Shown here: positions 1 through 13,640 of the stretch, piece by piece | How the letters are laid out: each line of letters opens with the position of its first letter | How positions within the stretch are numbered: position 1 is the first letter of the stretch | Source of the DNA: Ginglymostoma cirratum | Lineage: Eukaryota | Direction: 5' to 3' | NCBI GenBank assembly: GCA_024137785.1 | Contig: JAHRHZ010000021.1 | Location: 20,827,129 to 20,891,128, forward strand | Length of the DNA stretch: 64,000 bases | Position numbers and translations under genes: made by a program | Notes under the pieces: model-generated | Told to the model about the DNA's origin: nothing | The model's input: only the letters and a program-made list of their open reading frames with translations | The model's database searches: none

Positions 1-26
1 CGTTTCGGGCCTAAACCCTTCATCAG
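1..26 (-). ncRNA. Minimal hammerhead ribozyme core (Penelope type), partial
   Basis: Minus strand reads CTGATGA-A-GGG-TTTAGG-CCC-GAAACG: CUGANGA box, stem II, GAAA box. Confidence 0.6.
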
Positions 27-99
27 GCCCGAAACGTCAAGTTTTCCTGCTCCTATGATGCTGCTTGACCTGCTGTGTTCATCCAGCCCCATGCTTGTT
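1..99. mobile_element. Penelope-type pLTR-derived fold-back insert, cut by the window edge
   Basis: 1-12 CGTTTCGGGCCT is complementary to 25-36 AGGCCCGAAACG. 25-99 is identical to 34354-34428. Confidence 0.8.
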
Positions 100-2544
100 G
101 ACTTGTATCTCCTGCTGGATCCACGTACCTACTAGTAGGCCAAGTAAAACATGAATTTCTGAGTTGAAAGTTTGAGGCCAGTTCCTCTGCAAGTGTAGCG
201 TGTGTTAGCCAGTGTAGGTCTAAACTTGATTCTTGGTGAAGAGAAATGTGTTTACCTTGAATGCAGGGTCAACTTGTACACCGGGACCGAAATAGTGTTA
301 AAGTTCAGATTTTTCACACAATACAATGCTAAAACCTAGGAGAGGTCAAATTATTTACTAGAGTGTAACAAATGCATTTTTAGTGATTTGAACTGCAATG
401 TTTATTACCTAGTGAAAACATTCAGAAAGGAATAAGAGCAGCAAACAAAAGGTTCTTTGTACTTTTTCTTGTGTCTTTCCCATTTTAATCTTTTTGAACA
501 GCCCACTATTTCCTGTAGGGTTTTTGTTTTACAGATTGTTTCCTAGACACTTCTGGAGAGAGGAGAGCACAGTGGACAAGTATGTGAACTAGTCTACAGC
601 TGATTGGGCTGGTTGGCCTCTTTATTGCTTCCTAAACATACAGTTGTCTGTGCCAGAGCTTGGACTGTTCTGTATTACCTCTCTTTGTGTATAATTAAAA
701 CTATCTACTCTTAAAAGTGTAATACGCATGGAATTGTATGCAGTTACATGTGTCAGTAGCAACTGTTTTTGTGAGTGGTGTTTGTATGAGAGAACAGTGT
801 GCTGTGCAGTCTTTCCCCTCTTGCACTGGAAGCATTCCCATAATGCTTTCCCTGTGCCAGCTGGCAGTCGTTCGCCTATCTGTTTATGCTTAGCCAATCA
901 GGAACACTGCAGAGAATAGAATTGTGCCCTGCATCTGAGCTGTGGGCTGCTCAGCCTTCAGACATTAGTCCGAAGCGAAGATCTTGCCGATCTTTATTAT
1001 GCTAATTGCATAGGAGGAGGGCCTATCTACTGTTGTCAACTTGCAGGTTTGCATTGAAGCTGAGACTATATCCTGCAAATGTCTAGTCATACTCTGTGGA
1101 CATTTTCACCTTTTCATTGACTTTTTCTTTTACGTTTCTGGGCCCTTTCCTACCTGTTTACTCATATTGAAGTTTGACTACCTTTATGACTCCTTTTAGA
1201 AAGCATACACTCCACTGTTGCTCACATGGCTAATCCTTGGCTGTACGACAGAAACTGTTGGCAGGGGACTCGGGGAACTTGACAGCAGCAGGAGGAAATA
1301 ATTTGGCAAGGAAGGTGAGCCACATGATTGTGATTCATACTGCACTCTTGAAATGGAGCAGGAGGACTAAGAAAAGCTCCAATTGTGAACTAACTGAAGG
1401 AAGATGTTTAGAGTCAAATATCAGATCCTTTTTATAGTTCAACCATGCATCATAGGCAAAATATTGAACTTGGCGTTCAGGCCCAGAGTCTGCAGATCCA
1501 GCTGTGATTTTATACCTGGCATGAGTCATTAGTTTAATCAGTGACTTAGTGTAGAACGGAAGCCTTGCATTAGCAATGCATACTTGAAATGGATATATTA
1601 CCTTTTGATGTTACTTTTAAAATTTAAAGTTGTAGTATCCACTTTCCTGTGTTTTTAAAAGGCCACTGTTGAGTTTGGTAACACAATAGAAGTACGTTGT
1701 TCCCTGCTGCTGTTCATGAAATGATTTACTCATTATTTATTCAGTGTGGTTTCCCGTAATCTGTTTACTGAAGGTGCTGCATCTAAATCTGCCAAGAGTT
1801 GGGATGATACATGAGCTTGATATGATACTGAAAACTAATGAGGTTACTGGGAAATAGATACAGAGCCAAAGCCACTTGCCCCAGTTGCTCATTGAGAAAT
1901 GTTTTGCCTGTTTTGGAACTAAGGCACAAAAAGCACGAAAATCCAGATTGATTCCGGGTCTGTGCCAAATCTCGACAAGGATGCTAGGAGGGGCTATATT
2001 TGAACTTTATTTCTTCTCCCTAATGTGAAGTGAATTATCAGCCAGGTTTCCTATTCTTGATAATTTGGGTGTGTAATCAGATTAGGATTAAACTAGGCTG
2101 TAGTGAAAACACTCTTTTTCTTTATCACAAACTCAAATGTCTTATTAATGCCCAATTTTTGCCGCTAACTGGGCACGATGCCAATAGATGACAGTGGAGC
2201 AATGCACTTTGTAAATACTTTAGTAGAGAACCATGAAAATTTTAAAACCTTTGTAAAAATATTTGAATTAACTTTCTCATCCCGAACTCGAATCTTAAAC
2301 GTAATTTTCAAATCAAAATAACCCTTTTGAAAATAATTTGGTAGTTTACCTTAATTTCTGCTGAATTGCAGAGTTAAATTATTTTTAATTGTATCAATAT
2401 GCAGCAAAATTTGATTAGAGAGGTACAGAAAGTGCTTGACTATTAATGATCGTGTAACTTACAAGTATCTTATTCAAAATGTGCACTACTGTGGAATTAC
2501 TGAGCACCCTGTAATGCTATAGCAGTCCCAAAATAGTGCAGGCA

Positions 2545-2790
2545 AAAAAGAATGAATCTGTGTTTATAGATTGCCTGTCACATCTTTGAACACCCCAAAG
2601 TTCATACGTTTGAAATTGTCACTGTTGTAATGTAAACAAATGCAGCAGCTAATTAGTTCACAGCATGATTCCACAACAGTAATGAAAAAATTCATTTTAA
2701 TGGTGCTGGCTAGGATCAATTATAAAACTCATCTGTTCTGAATAGTACTGTTGGATCTTTTGTGCCCCCTAAAAGGCCAATTTGCTTTAC
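2545..2790 (-). mobile_element. Decayed Deu-domain SINE (SacSINE1-like)
   Basis: TTTGAAATTGTCACTGTTGTAATGT...GCAGCAGCTAAT...GGATCTTTT resembles the reverse complement of the copies at 24550 and 45530. Confidence 0.55.
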
Positions 2791-3150
2791 CATGTGCACA
2801 TATATATATACCATAAACAAGATGCGTTGCAAAAATGCTCCAAGACTACTTTGACACCCCTTCCAAACCTGCAATCTTTATTACCCAAGGAGGATAAGGG
2901 CAGCAGATTCATAGGAATACCACCACTTAGAAGTTTGCCTCCAAGTCACACGCATTCCTGACTTGGAATTCCATCACCATTCCTTCACTGTCGCTGGGTT
3001 AAAATCCTAGGACTAGCCTGCATATAGGACTGAAGATGTCCCTGCATCAGATGGTTTCATTAAAGAATACAGCTCATCGGTAATGTTTCAGTAGTTACTG
3101 GAGGTGGGCAACAGATATTGGCTTTGCCAACAACGTCCACATGCCCATTA
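2790..3150 (+). mobile_element. 3' end of a CR1/L2-superfamily LINE
   Basis: CAAGATGCGTTGC...CCTTCCAAACC...CCTTCACTGTCGCTGGGTTAAAATCC. Same family as 29340-29700 (-) and 49645-49735 (+). Confidence 0.65.
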
Positions 3151-4769
3151 CAGAACTTTGAAAAATTGAAACAATTAATACTATGATATCCTGATTGACC
3201 TATCGTGTGTCTATATTCATTTGACGTGCATTGGATCCTATCTGTATACCTGGTGCAGTGGTAGCAATGATTAATATCAACTTAAACTCGTGTCACAAAA
3301 TATTTAATTTGTTTTGCACTATAATACGGAATCATATCACACGGAAGTTTTATTTAAGCTTAGATTTTTGCTGTGTGGAATATATAAGAACTGATAAGCT
3401 TGATATATTCTCACATTCCGGGTTTGTTTTAATTTTAAGTGAGTCCTATAAAAAGACTTTCTTTGGCTTCTCCCAGACAATTCATTTCACTAAGATGGGG
3501 AATAACTGAGCCATATGTCCAGCAAGTTGTGTTCTCTGGCTGTGGTGAGTTAACTGATCTCAGGTGGGCCAGCAGTTTGTCGCTACAATTGACCTTAATG
3601 CTCTCCACTCTTCCTCTTCTGTGGTGGATAGCATGCTGATCTTGTACAGCCTTTTGGGCACTGAAGGGCACATGTGACATCTGTTAAATCATACACTAAC
3701 AAGCCTTTAAGTTGCCGAGATGCTGATTTCAAACATATGGTGGGACACAGTTTTGGTTCCTAATCTCGGCTACTTCAATAGGTAGCTACCACGTGGAAAC
3801 CCAGTACTACATAATTTGGGAGGGTAATCCAAAGCTATCCTGCAATTACTGTATTTCATAAAGGAGCTTTGACAGAAGCTGTAGAGCGGGTTACCTATCT
3901 GCCCCCTTGGAGCACAAACTTCCATGGGGAAAAGTGATCTGCATGTACGGAATTCCCAGTTGCTCAGCAGTATAATGGTCCCCCACAGAATTACTTGATG
4001 GACTGTATTACTGAGTTGTGTGTGCTACAAATGGACAAAGTTAGGCAAAGGTAACTAGTTAGTTCCACTTCCTCCAGCACTAAAATCACAAGCAACTTGG
4101 CAGACTACAGTTCTTTAGTCAAGAGCAGTAGCATATTAATGAGGTATGCAGAGAAAAAAATGCAGGAATGTCATGGGTTTTATTCAGGAACTTGTCAACA
4201 TATCTAATACACTGTGAACTTTAACTCAAAATTCCTTCGAATGTTTGTGGGTAATTTCATTTAAACATAAAGAAAGCAATTGAGTACAAGTTAATGCATT
4301 ATAGGGCAATTATGTAGATTAAAAATGAAATACCTCTATAATGCAATGCCTCATTTTCAGAATCATTCCCTGTAATATTGCTTCATGTTAGTCAATGTAA
4401 TTTTGAATCATTATGTTCTAAATTGTGGGAATAAAATAAACTTTTATAGGGGCACATGAGACATATTCAGTTGGCAATGCACTAATGTGAGAGATTATAT
4501 AATCAGCCAATGACTCTCACAACACAGTGGGAAACCATTCATACCATCGTGCCTGTTCGAGCTTTCTGAAAATATCTGCCCAGTTAATGCCATTTCCCTG
4601 TTTTTACCTTCATTCCCTGAAGATATGAGAGGGTGTTAGCAGTTCTCAATGCCCTCTGACTGTTCAGATGTTGGCTGTTTGCAAGGCGACTAATTATGCA
4701 CCTGAAAGCTGTCCATGGCAAATCTCTATTCAAAGTATTTAACACTCTGGCAACTTTGAAGTTTTATAA

Positions 4770-5790
4770 AGATAGAAATATAGAGAATAGGAATAGGAGT
4801 AGGAGTAAGCCATTCAGCCCATCAAGTTTGCTCTGCCATTCATTATGAGTAATGAGCTTCATCCAGCTTAGTAGCCTGCTTTTGCTTTTCTGCCGTATCC
4901 TGTGATCCCATTACCTCCAGATGCTACAACAAGGTCTTTCTTGCAATCAAATAGTATGACTAGTTTAATTGTGAAAATAGGGCAGCAAGGACAAGTTGGG
5001 CTAAAGGACCTGTTTCCGTGCTGTGCAGCCTGATGACACCATGACTGTATATAATGATTTGGCATCAACTACTTTGAGATAGTGATTTCTACAGACTCAC
5101 CACTCTCTGGGTGAAGAAATTTCTGTTTATCCCATTCCTGAATGGTTTACTCGATATCCTTGGATTGTGACCCCTGATTCTGAACATCACTTTGATTGGG
5201 ACCATCTTTTATGCATCTACTCTGTCTAGTCCTGCCAGAATTCTTTAGATTTCTATGAGCTCCCCCTCATTCTTCTGAATGCCCAGTGAATATAATCCTA
5301 ACTGATTCAACCCCTCCTCATATGTCAGTCCTGTCATCCCAGGAATCAGTCTGGTAAATCTTGCATCCCTCAAGCAAAAACATCCTTCCAAAGGTGAGAA
5401 GACCTAAACTGTGCACTATTCCAGGTGTGTTCTCATTTAATACAATGTCTAATTATAGCAAGACAATCTTGTCCCTGTCTTCAAATCGTCTCACTATGAA
5501 AGCCAAAATCCCATTTGCCTTCGTGACCACTTGCTGCACCTGCATGCTTACTTTTAGTGACTGGTGTGCAAAGACAGCCAGGTCTTATTGCACACTCCCC
5601 TCGCTCAATTTCTTGTATATCGAATAATCCACCTCTGATTTTTGCTACTAAGGTGGATACTTCACATTGTTCCCCATCGTACTGCATCTGCCCACTCGCT
5701 CAGCTTGTCCACGTTACCCGGAAGCATTTCTGCATTGTCCTCAAAGCTCATCCTTCCACCCAGCTTTGTCATCTCCTTCATGTATGAGCT
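4770..5790 (-). mobile_element. CR1 LINE 3' fragment, containing an opposite-strand CR1 tail at about 4950-5050
   Basis: Minus-strand ORF MQYDGEQCEV resembles CR1 WQM.FN..KC.V. Tail AGAATAGGAGTAGG...CCATTCAGCCC at the left end. Confidence 0.8.
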
Positions 5791-6549
5791 CTTGATATGA
5801 ATAATGTCATGTTTAAGAAGCATTGACAACTTATAACATTTTTTCTGCTCCGAACCTAAGAATGTCTCTTTGGGACTTGGTGTTCTGCACGATACTTTTG
5901 CAAAGAGAGCTGCTTGAAAATCGGGAGCTGTTCAATTCATAGTCGCTGGTATCATTGAACTAGAGTGACCTGGAACATCACAGTACCCTTAAAAAACAAC
6001 TTACTTCAGAGAAATGCTGCTGCATAAATTGCATTGTGATTCCTGCACACTTGAAACTTAAGATGTTCAGTACAGTATTGCTATTTCTGAAAGAAAAACT
6101 TACTCTGTGGTTATTAATTAGAACTATGGAGCAACTACCAACATGCTTGAGTTTGAATATATTATTAGAGCTTCCTCAATGATTTGGCATTTATTGTTTC
6201 AATGAGTCTTTGATCTATGTAAACCATAAGATCCCAGTGATCCCACAAGAAATCAGTCCTGTGAATTTACCTCATCCAGGGCACGAACATGTCAATCCCA
6301 TCAGCAACCTGGCTTATATAGGGATAAGTCAGTCTGCACACGATTGCCTCCCCATTTGGAATTGTGTAGTTGTGTGAGAGTTAGGATTTGAGTGACACTG
6401 ATACTTCCTGCAGTCGAATTGTTTTCAGTTATTCACAGCCCGGTTTACTGAAGAGGAAAGATGAGACGAGAGATTCTTGAAGGTATCCAAATAAAGGGTT
6501 AACTCTTTCAGAGGAAGTAGAATAATGAATTCAAATTGCAGTGCGGGGT

Positions 6550-7060
6550 GTAGAGATCAGAGCAAGAATGGACCATTCAGCTCATCAAGCCTGCTCTGCT
6601 ATTCAGTAAGATTGTGGCTGACCTTCTACCTCAATTCCACCATCCCACACCATACCTACATTCCTCGGTATTTTTGGTCTACAGAAATTTTAGAACTCCT
6701 TTTGGAATATATTCAATAGATGAACATCTACAGCATTCTCTCAGGAGGAAAGTTCCACAGAACAAATCTTTCCCATCTGTCTGAAATGGCCACCCACTTT
6801 ATTGTTAAACTGTGACCATTGTAGTTCCAGACTCTCCAAACAGTAGAGACATCCTCCCTATCAAGCCCTTATGACCTTAAGAATTTTGTTTCACTAAATC
6901 ACCTCTTATCCTTCTAAATTCAAGGGAATATAAAACAGACTATTCAATGTCTCTTCAGGACAATCCGCTCATCCCAAGAATCAGTCTAGTGAACCTTTGT
7001 TGCTTTCAATACAAGGCTAATATATCTTTCCTTTGGTAAGGCAGTCAGAACTAACCATAG
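6550..7060 (-). mobile_element. Decayed CR1 LINE 3' fragment
   Basis: CCATTCAGCTCATCAAGCCTGCTCTGCTATTCAGTAAG...AATCAGTCTAGTGAACCTT, paralogous to 4770-5790. Confidence 0.7.
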
Positions 7061-7070
7061 CACTGGTGGT

Positions 7071-7192
7071 GAGACAACACAGTCTGGTGCTGGAGGAACA
7101 GAGCAGGCCAGGCAGCGTCAGAGGAGCAAGAAAGTTGATGTTTCAGGCCGGGGACTGTCTCTGACGCCAGCATGTGCAGTTCTTGCTGTCTC
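7071..7192 (-). mobile_element. Penelope-type pLTR-derived short insert
   Basis: GCAGGCCAGGCAGCGTCAGAGGAGCAAGAAAGTTGATGTTTCAGG matches the family at 34226, followed by an inverted CCAGCATGTGCAGTTC tail. Confidence 0.6.
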
Positions 7193-8099
7193 ATAGTACT
7201 GGTGTGTTCACTTCTGTGTTTGATTATGTTTGTTTGTTAATTGCTTATTACATGTGATTAGTTAAGTCTAGATGTGGTCACTTACAGAGACAGAGAGAGT
7301 GAACTGACGCTAGCTCCTGAAAACCTGGGAACAGACACTTTTTAAGCATTGAGAGTAAAGCTCTTTCAAACATATAAACTGGATTACATCATCTATGCAT
7401 ATCTCCGAGGCTTCAATCACAATAATATGGTCTTACTGAGCTTCTATATCATTTCAGTAAGTCTTTTCTCACTCTTGTATGGCAATGCCTTTTGTGTTAA
7501 AGGTTTAATAGGCCATTGTGAAGTAAGAAATGGGCAGAAGTCACGGTACCCATCAAAAAATGCTTTTTGACCTACAGGGGAATCGAGACTAATGGGGAGG
7601 CAGACAAAGTCAAGTTAAGACCATAATCAGATCAACCATGATCTTATTGAATACAGGCCCAAGGGGCTAAATGACTTACTGCGCCTATCATTAATTAATT
7701 AACCAAGGTTCAGCAGTGCTGAGTTTGACTGGGAATCACAATGGGTGGAGCATTGGTTAGCATGTAGGTCGATGCCTGCTTAAAAAAATACTAGCCACGT
7801 TCAACAAAGACACTCCTTTAAAACAAAAGTGTGAGCTTTAGGTCCCAGACTGAAGAATGCCGGGTGGTTCCAGTCACTGACTAGTCCATATTTCATGTTG
7901 TGGCAAGGGCTTTGGAGAGAGTTGTGGGGATGAGGGGTGGATTTAGCTGTGAAATCGAGATATTATAAGGGATGATAGTGATTTGCAGAATTGCTGAAGC
8001 ACCTAAAGAAGTAATCCTTTTGCTTCAGTTCCCAAAAAAAATGAAAGATTGTATTTCCATGTTATGAGTAGCTGCAAGGGGTAGGTGGAGTTAGTAGCA

Positions 8100-8860
8100 C
8101 CAGCATAGGACCCTGATTTGCAATTAAGGATAGCTTTCTACTTGCAGCTTATTAGCCAAATCCTGAATATTGTCTAGGTCTTGCTACATTTAGACATAGA
8201 TCACTATTGCAAAAGGTGCTCGATATGGTGCAGTCATCAGTGAGCACTTCTTAACCTCATGATTTGGATAGATACATGAATAGGAAAGGTTTGAAGGGAT
8301 ATGGGCCAGGAGAAGGCAGTTGGGACTAGTTTAGTTTGGGATTATATTTAGCATGGACTGGTTGGATAGAAGGGTTTATTTCCATGCTGTGTGACTCTGA
8401 CTATGACTCTATAAAGCAGCTGAAGATGGTTAGGCCGAGAACATGACTCTGAGGAATTCCTGCATAGATGTCCTGTGGTCAGATTGACTAATCGTCAGCC
8501 ACAACCACTATCTTTGTGCAAGTATGACTCTGTCCTCTTAATCCCATTGGCTCCAGTTTTGTTAGGGTTCCTTGATGCCACACTTCGACAAATCACCTTT
8601 GGTATTGAGGACAGCCGCACTTATATCACCTCTGAAGTTTAGCTGTTTTGTCTGTGTTTGAACCAAGCTGTAATGAGGTTATAGGCGGAGTGGCCCTGTC
8701 AGAACCCAAACTGTTGATGACCTTTTCCATCGCTTTACTGATGAAAAAAAAGACTAATGGGCTGGTAATTGTCCAGTTTGGTTTTTTATGTACAAGACAA
8801 TACGTGGGGAATTCTTCACATTGTCAAGATGCCAGTGCTGTAGCTAAATCCAGGCCATTT
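8100..8860 (-). mobile_element. Decayed LINE internal fragment, interrupted by a plus-strand CR1 tail at about 8262-8412
   Basis: The insert TTTGAAGGGATATGGGCCAGGAG...GACTATGACTCTAT is the reverse complement of the family at 21641-21808. Confidence 0.6.
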
Positions 8861-8917
8861 ATTGTGTTGGGAGATGGAATAGAGCAATTAGTAGATCTGA
8901 ATAGTTTTACTGAACTT

Positions 8918-9053
8918 GAAATGTTAAGCTCTGTGTTTTTTTTCTCTCCACAGATGCTGCAAAACCTGCTGAGTTTCTCCAATTTGGATTTTATTTTTAT
9001 TTTTTATTTGTGTTTTTATTTTGGAATTCCAGCATCTGCAGTATTTTGCTTTT
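8918..9053 (+). mobile_element. Old Penelope-type pLTR remnant
   Basis: GAAATGTTAAGCTCTG...CTCTCCACAGATGCTGC...CCAGCATCTGCAGTATTTTGCTTT. Confidence 0.6.
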
Positions 9054-11479
9054 ATTCTGGTAATGGATGGACCCGGTTTAGGGGCTAACTTTTGTTCTGC
9101 CTGTAACCTTAAAGGTTTCCTTTCCATCCTTGCATTTGGTACTGATTTCCTTTCTGCCATTTTGTCGATGTTGCCCTACTAACCAACTCCCTGCTGGGGT
9201 GAAGTGATGAGTGCAAGAACATACATTTATCGAACCAGCAACAAGACTTTCCATGCTTCCCGTTGTCTTGATTAATTGGAAATGAATAAAAGGTTTTTTT
9301 AGGAACGCATTGAAATCTAATGGTTCCATGAAGGTCCCTGCTATTCCTTTGACTTGCTGTCAACATGGGATATATCCAATGAGCATTGTCAAATAGGAAC
9401 TACTGTGTTAAACTTCCAGAAATGATCCTTAATAGATCACAGGTGTGTCAATGGAAGCATGTTCATACACTACCTGTATTTCAGATTGGTATGGATCAAG
9501 CTGGAAAAGATTTCTTGCTAATCTTGGCTCCATCTACTCGGATCACTTCAGCCAATAAGATGGATTTTAATGCTACAAAGTTTTCAGAAGTTACAGGTTA
9601 CCCAAAGCTGAATTTATTAACCTGTTCACCAATGCAGATCCATATTCCATTTCATTTCTTGGTTCTCATCAGGATCCTATGAGCAAATGCTGACAAAACT
9701 ACGAAGATTGCAGTGTCAGTCAACAGTTAAACAAACTGGGGAAAGCATAAGTATCTCATAGCAAGTTCTATTTTAACCACAACATTATTCTGAAATGTAG
9801 TTAATTTGTAAACTGCATCATTTGCAGGAGTAATAACACATTTCTAAGTCCCTGGGTTTTGATACCAATAGAATTGAGAGCTAACCTTTTGGAGTTGGTT
9901 GCAAGTAGATGATGGGTGTGGAATTTTAATTTTACTTTTAATGGAATCCAGGCAGAACAACATGGGCGGGGTGGAAATTCAACCCCCAAAAATGGGGTAT
10001 GGTTGGCGTTGTGTGGAAATTTAAAATGTTTAACATCTCCAGCCCCACTCTGACCAAACCCCACTCTCTGGCTTTATGTGAAGGATGAAGGCCAACTAAT
10101 CCACTCCCAGGAGGTCACTTGTCTATTTAAATATTCTAATGAACCTGTGTGCCTCAGATCAATTCTGGCAGGTTGAACCAGACAACTAAAGAAAGACACG
10201 GGCTGTACAGCATTGCAGAAACATTTAGAGCCTTGCCACACTGTACTATGGGCCAAGATGAAAGGGAGTGCTCCCTTCCAGCTCTCATCCCTACCACAAT
10301 CAAACCATCCCCGACTCTCTACAAATTCAGTGATTTGGATTTCTGGGTGTCCCAAACAAAACTCCTCCTCATTTACAAAACGTGCACTAGTCAAGACCAG
10401 GATCATAGATTCATAGTCCGGGAGTACCAAAGAGGCCCTTCAGCCCCCTAAGTCTGTACTGCCAAAAATCATCACTGATGACATATATGAAAAAACAATG
10501 TTAACATTTTTTAATTTGTCAGAACTGCAGTTTGATTATTAACCTTCTGTCAGTTAATGTTGTAATCTACACCTAATCTACATCTACCCAATATTAGCAA
10601 ATTGAGCCTTTGATAGTAATTAGTCTGAACTGCAGTATTACACTAGGAGAATAATGTAACTAAAGAAGACATCAGTTTTACAAGTAATTCCAACCAATTA
10701 TCTGAGTTCTGTTTACTCTGTCCACAGAACTGCCAGACAAAACCTCCAGTCATATTTGTAGGAATAACGAGAACTATAACTTTGTGGAAAGGATGAAGTT
10801 TTGGATACTTTATCGAATGAGTACTTTTTTTCTGAAAAAATCCTCACATGTGACGTTCACCCCCTGAGACTGTGCAAATAATTTGTTTGAAAGATTCACT
10901 GCTGTGTTTTTTCAAATTGCACACTTAGAGCAGTCAACTTTCATTTCTGGCTAACCTAAATCGTGGAAAGTTTAGAATTTGCTGTGAAACTGAAAGCTGT
11001 TTCGAAGTTTATTCTTTCACTTTAGGAGGTTTTTTCTGGCACTCTGGTTAAACTGGGCTCTTGTCTGTAGGCTTGGACGTGGAAAGCAAAATACATAGTT
11101 TAACTCTGTGGTGGTCAGGGCTGGATGCCATATTTTGGCGCATTTAGGTATTCCCCTGGCCAGCTGGCAGATTGGCAGTATTACTGTAATTCAGTACATT
11201 GGAGCACGTCAACTTTAGCTGATGTCACTATGAAGTCTAAACAAATTAAAATAAGCCTTGAAATTCAGTAGCACAATCAGACCCACTTGTTATATCTCGC
11301 AAGTATTTACTGGTGGTCTAAATATTCCCACATTCGATCCTTTTCTGTACTTTGTTCTATGAATACATTGAAACAAATATACTTTTAAATTAGTTTTATG
11401 AAATCCTGGAATATTTTGAATAAAAATACTCCAGTTGTATTAAATCCTCAAGTTTGGAGGCAAGTATTTGACAGAGTTT

Positions 11480-11920
11480 CCATTTATTTGTTACTTGTGT
11501 CTCCATGTCCTAAAGCATTTTATAACCATAAATAGCTATGAAACCTAATCAATATTGTAGGGTCGATAAATGAAGTGACTTGTTGTTTGTGGAGCATTAC
11601 TAATTAAATAATGAGGCAAATGATGAATAAATCTGCGTTTGGTGTTCCTAGGAAAGAGCAGAATGTTGACTAGGACAAATTAGGAAACTCCCTACTCCTC
11701 TTTAAATAGCTTCCTGGAATCTTTAACACCCAATTCAACCACTGGAACAGGCTGACAGCGATTCACTTAGTTGAATGCCTCATCTGAAGGATAGTACCAC
11801 CAATAGTGCAACACTCTGTCAATGCTGCATTTGTCTGTCGGTCTCAATTGTATGCTGAAGTCCTTGATGAAAGCAAGAAGCCACAATCTTCTGACTCAGC
11901 TGAGCTAAACTGACATTGAG
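11480..11920 (-). mobile_element. Decayed Deu-domain SINE (SacSINE1-like)
   Basis: GAAACTCCCTACTCCTCTTTAAATAG...GAATCTTTAACACCC...CTCATCTGAAGGATAGTACC...CTTCTGACTCAG. Confidence 0.6.
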
Positions 11921-12540
11921 ATTCTTATATAGTTCAGACATGACTAAGTGGCTGAAAAATTCAACGTGGAGTCTTTAAATTTCTTGGTTTTCACCCAGTA
12001 ATGTTGACTGTATTATTTTTAAATATGTAACTACTTGCAGACAGTTGGTTCTATGTTTTAACTCTGCTACCTTTTAGTTTTTGTTGAAAATAGCAAATAA
12101 TTTAGCTTCAGTGTGCATTGTTTCTTTCTGCAACACAGTGAGACCATTTCAAAGATCTGTGCTTTGCATCTGTGAATTGCTGTGGAATGCTTTTCAATGT
12201 TAAAGGCACTATAGAAATGCAATTTGTTAGCCACTACTTTTGAGAGGAGGTCTTGCGGTGCAGTGGGTAGAGGTTTTGAATCAGAAGCTCTATGTTCAGT
12301 TTACATTCCATGATGGCCAAGGAAGGAATGTTCATAATGTGGCCAAACAGCTTGAGTGCTAACTCGTAAATCCTTCCAGTACACACCACTGGTCGGAAGT
12401 AAAAGCAGGAGAGATTCCTGGTCAGCTATCTGATGGCAAGAGCTTCGACTACCAGTTGTCCAGAGTTCCAGGCTACAACATACAACGTTTCTGGATAGGG
12501 AGGGGTTAGTGCCTCAGATGTGGGGAGTGGATCAGTGTGT

Positions 12541-12897
12541 GGGCGTCACAGTGCCCGAGTGGTTGGCACTGCTGCTTCATAGCGCCAGGGACCTGCTTTC
12601 AATTCCACCCTTGAGCGACAGTCTGTGTGGAATTTGCACATTTTGGCCGTGCCTGCGTGGGTTTCCTCTGGGTGCTGCAGTTTCTGCCCACAGTCTAAAG
12701 ATGTTCAGTTTAGGTGGATTGGTCTTGGTAGATTGCCCCATAGTGTCCACGGATGTGAAGGCTAGGTGGAATAGCAAGGATCGGGTAGAGGGGTGAGTCT
12801 GGGGAGGGGGCAGTGGGGGGGGCGATGTTGTTTGGTGGGTCGGCTCAGACTCAATGGGCCAAATAGCCTCTGCCTGCACTGTAGGGATTCTATGATT
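12541..12897 (+). mobile_element. HE1 (V-SINE) tRNA-derived SINE
   Basis: tRNA-like head, V-domain TGTGTGGAATTTGCACA...GGGTTTCCTCTGGGTGCT, CR1-like tail CTGTAGGGATTCTATGATT. Confidence 0.9.
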
Positions 12898-13519
12898 TGG
12901 TTCACATGGGTGCAGTGCAATCCCTGTTCAGGCTCGGGTGAGTTCAAGGTGTTATATAGCCCTACCCATGTTGGAGGCAATGACGTTTTAGAGCCAGACC
13001 TGCCGTTGGGCAGAGAACTTGAAGAAGAATCCACTACTTCTTTCTTTATTGAAAGAAGTCTTAGCTGATGTATTCGAATTTCTCTTCCTAAAACATATGG
13101 GTTGAAATCTAGCACCATCTCACTATTTATTTTCCAATTCCTGAGTAATACAGCCACATTGTGCCTGCCTACATTAGGTTTAGCCTTCTCCTGTATTCGT
13201 ACACTAGCTCCTAATGCTCTATTGATGCGTGTGAACGTGCACTTGTACGTCATAGCCCTCAAACGTATAGGAAAAAGTGGCATAAGGTCCCTTCAGATAA
13301 TATTTATTTAAAAAGAGAAGTTACACATGCACGCCTGTCCCCTCTTCCAAAACAAACAGCAGTTCCCCGTAGAAATGCTTGTAGGTTATATTTTGTATTA
13401 TGCTTTGTCAAAGCAGAGAATTTTTCTCTAGACTAGAGTTGGCAAAAGAAGCAATCCTGATATCATGTAACAGAACATACAATTTGTGTTTGAATTTTTA
13501 ATTTTTAAAAAAAATTCAA

Positions 13520-13640
13520 CCTATTTTTCCTAACCAGGCTATTCAGAGATATTATTACACACCTCTGGAGCAGGTGGGACTTGAACCCTGGCCTCCCTGG
13601 TCTAGGACAGGGACACTACCACTGTGCGACAAGAGGGCCA
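13520..13640 (-). mobile_element. tRNA-derived SINE head (related pieces at 12248-12360, 14255-14352, 59345-59400)
   Basis: Minus strand has A-box-like GCACAGTGGTAG and B-box GGGTTCAAGTCC. Confidence 0.6.

Noticed and set aside
8648-9088. 146-aa ORF with a hydrophobic end
   Set aside because: Spans LINE and pLTR remnants. The hydrophobicity comes from T-rich low-complexity DNA.
12762-13283. 173-aa minus-strand ORF
   Set aside because: The C-terminus is antisense HE1 SINE. No motif or exon structure.
13490-13519. TTGAATTTTT...AAAAATTCAA hairpin
   Set aside because: Low-complexity A/T run at a SINE boundary.
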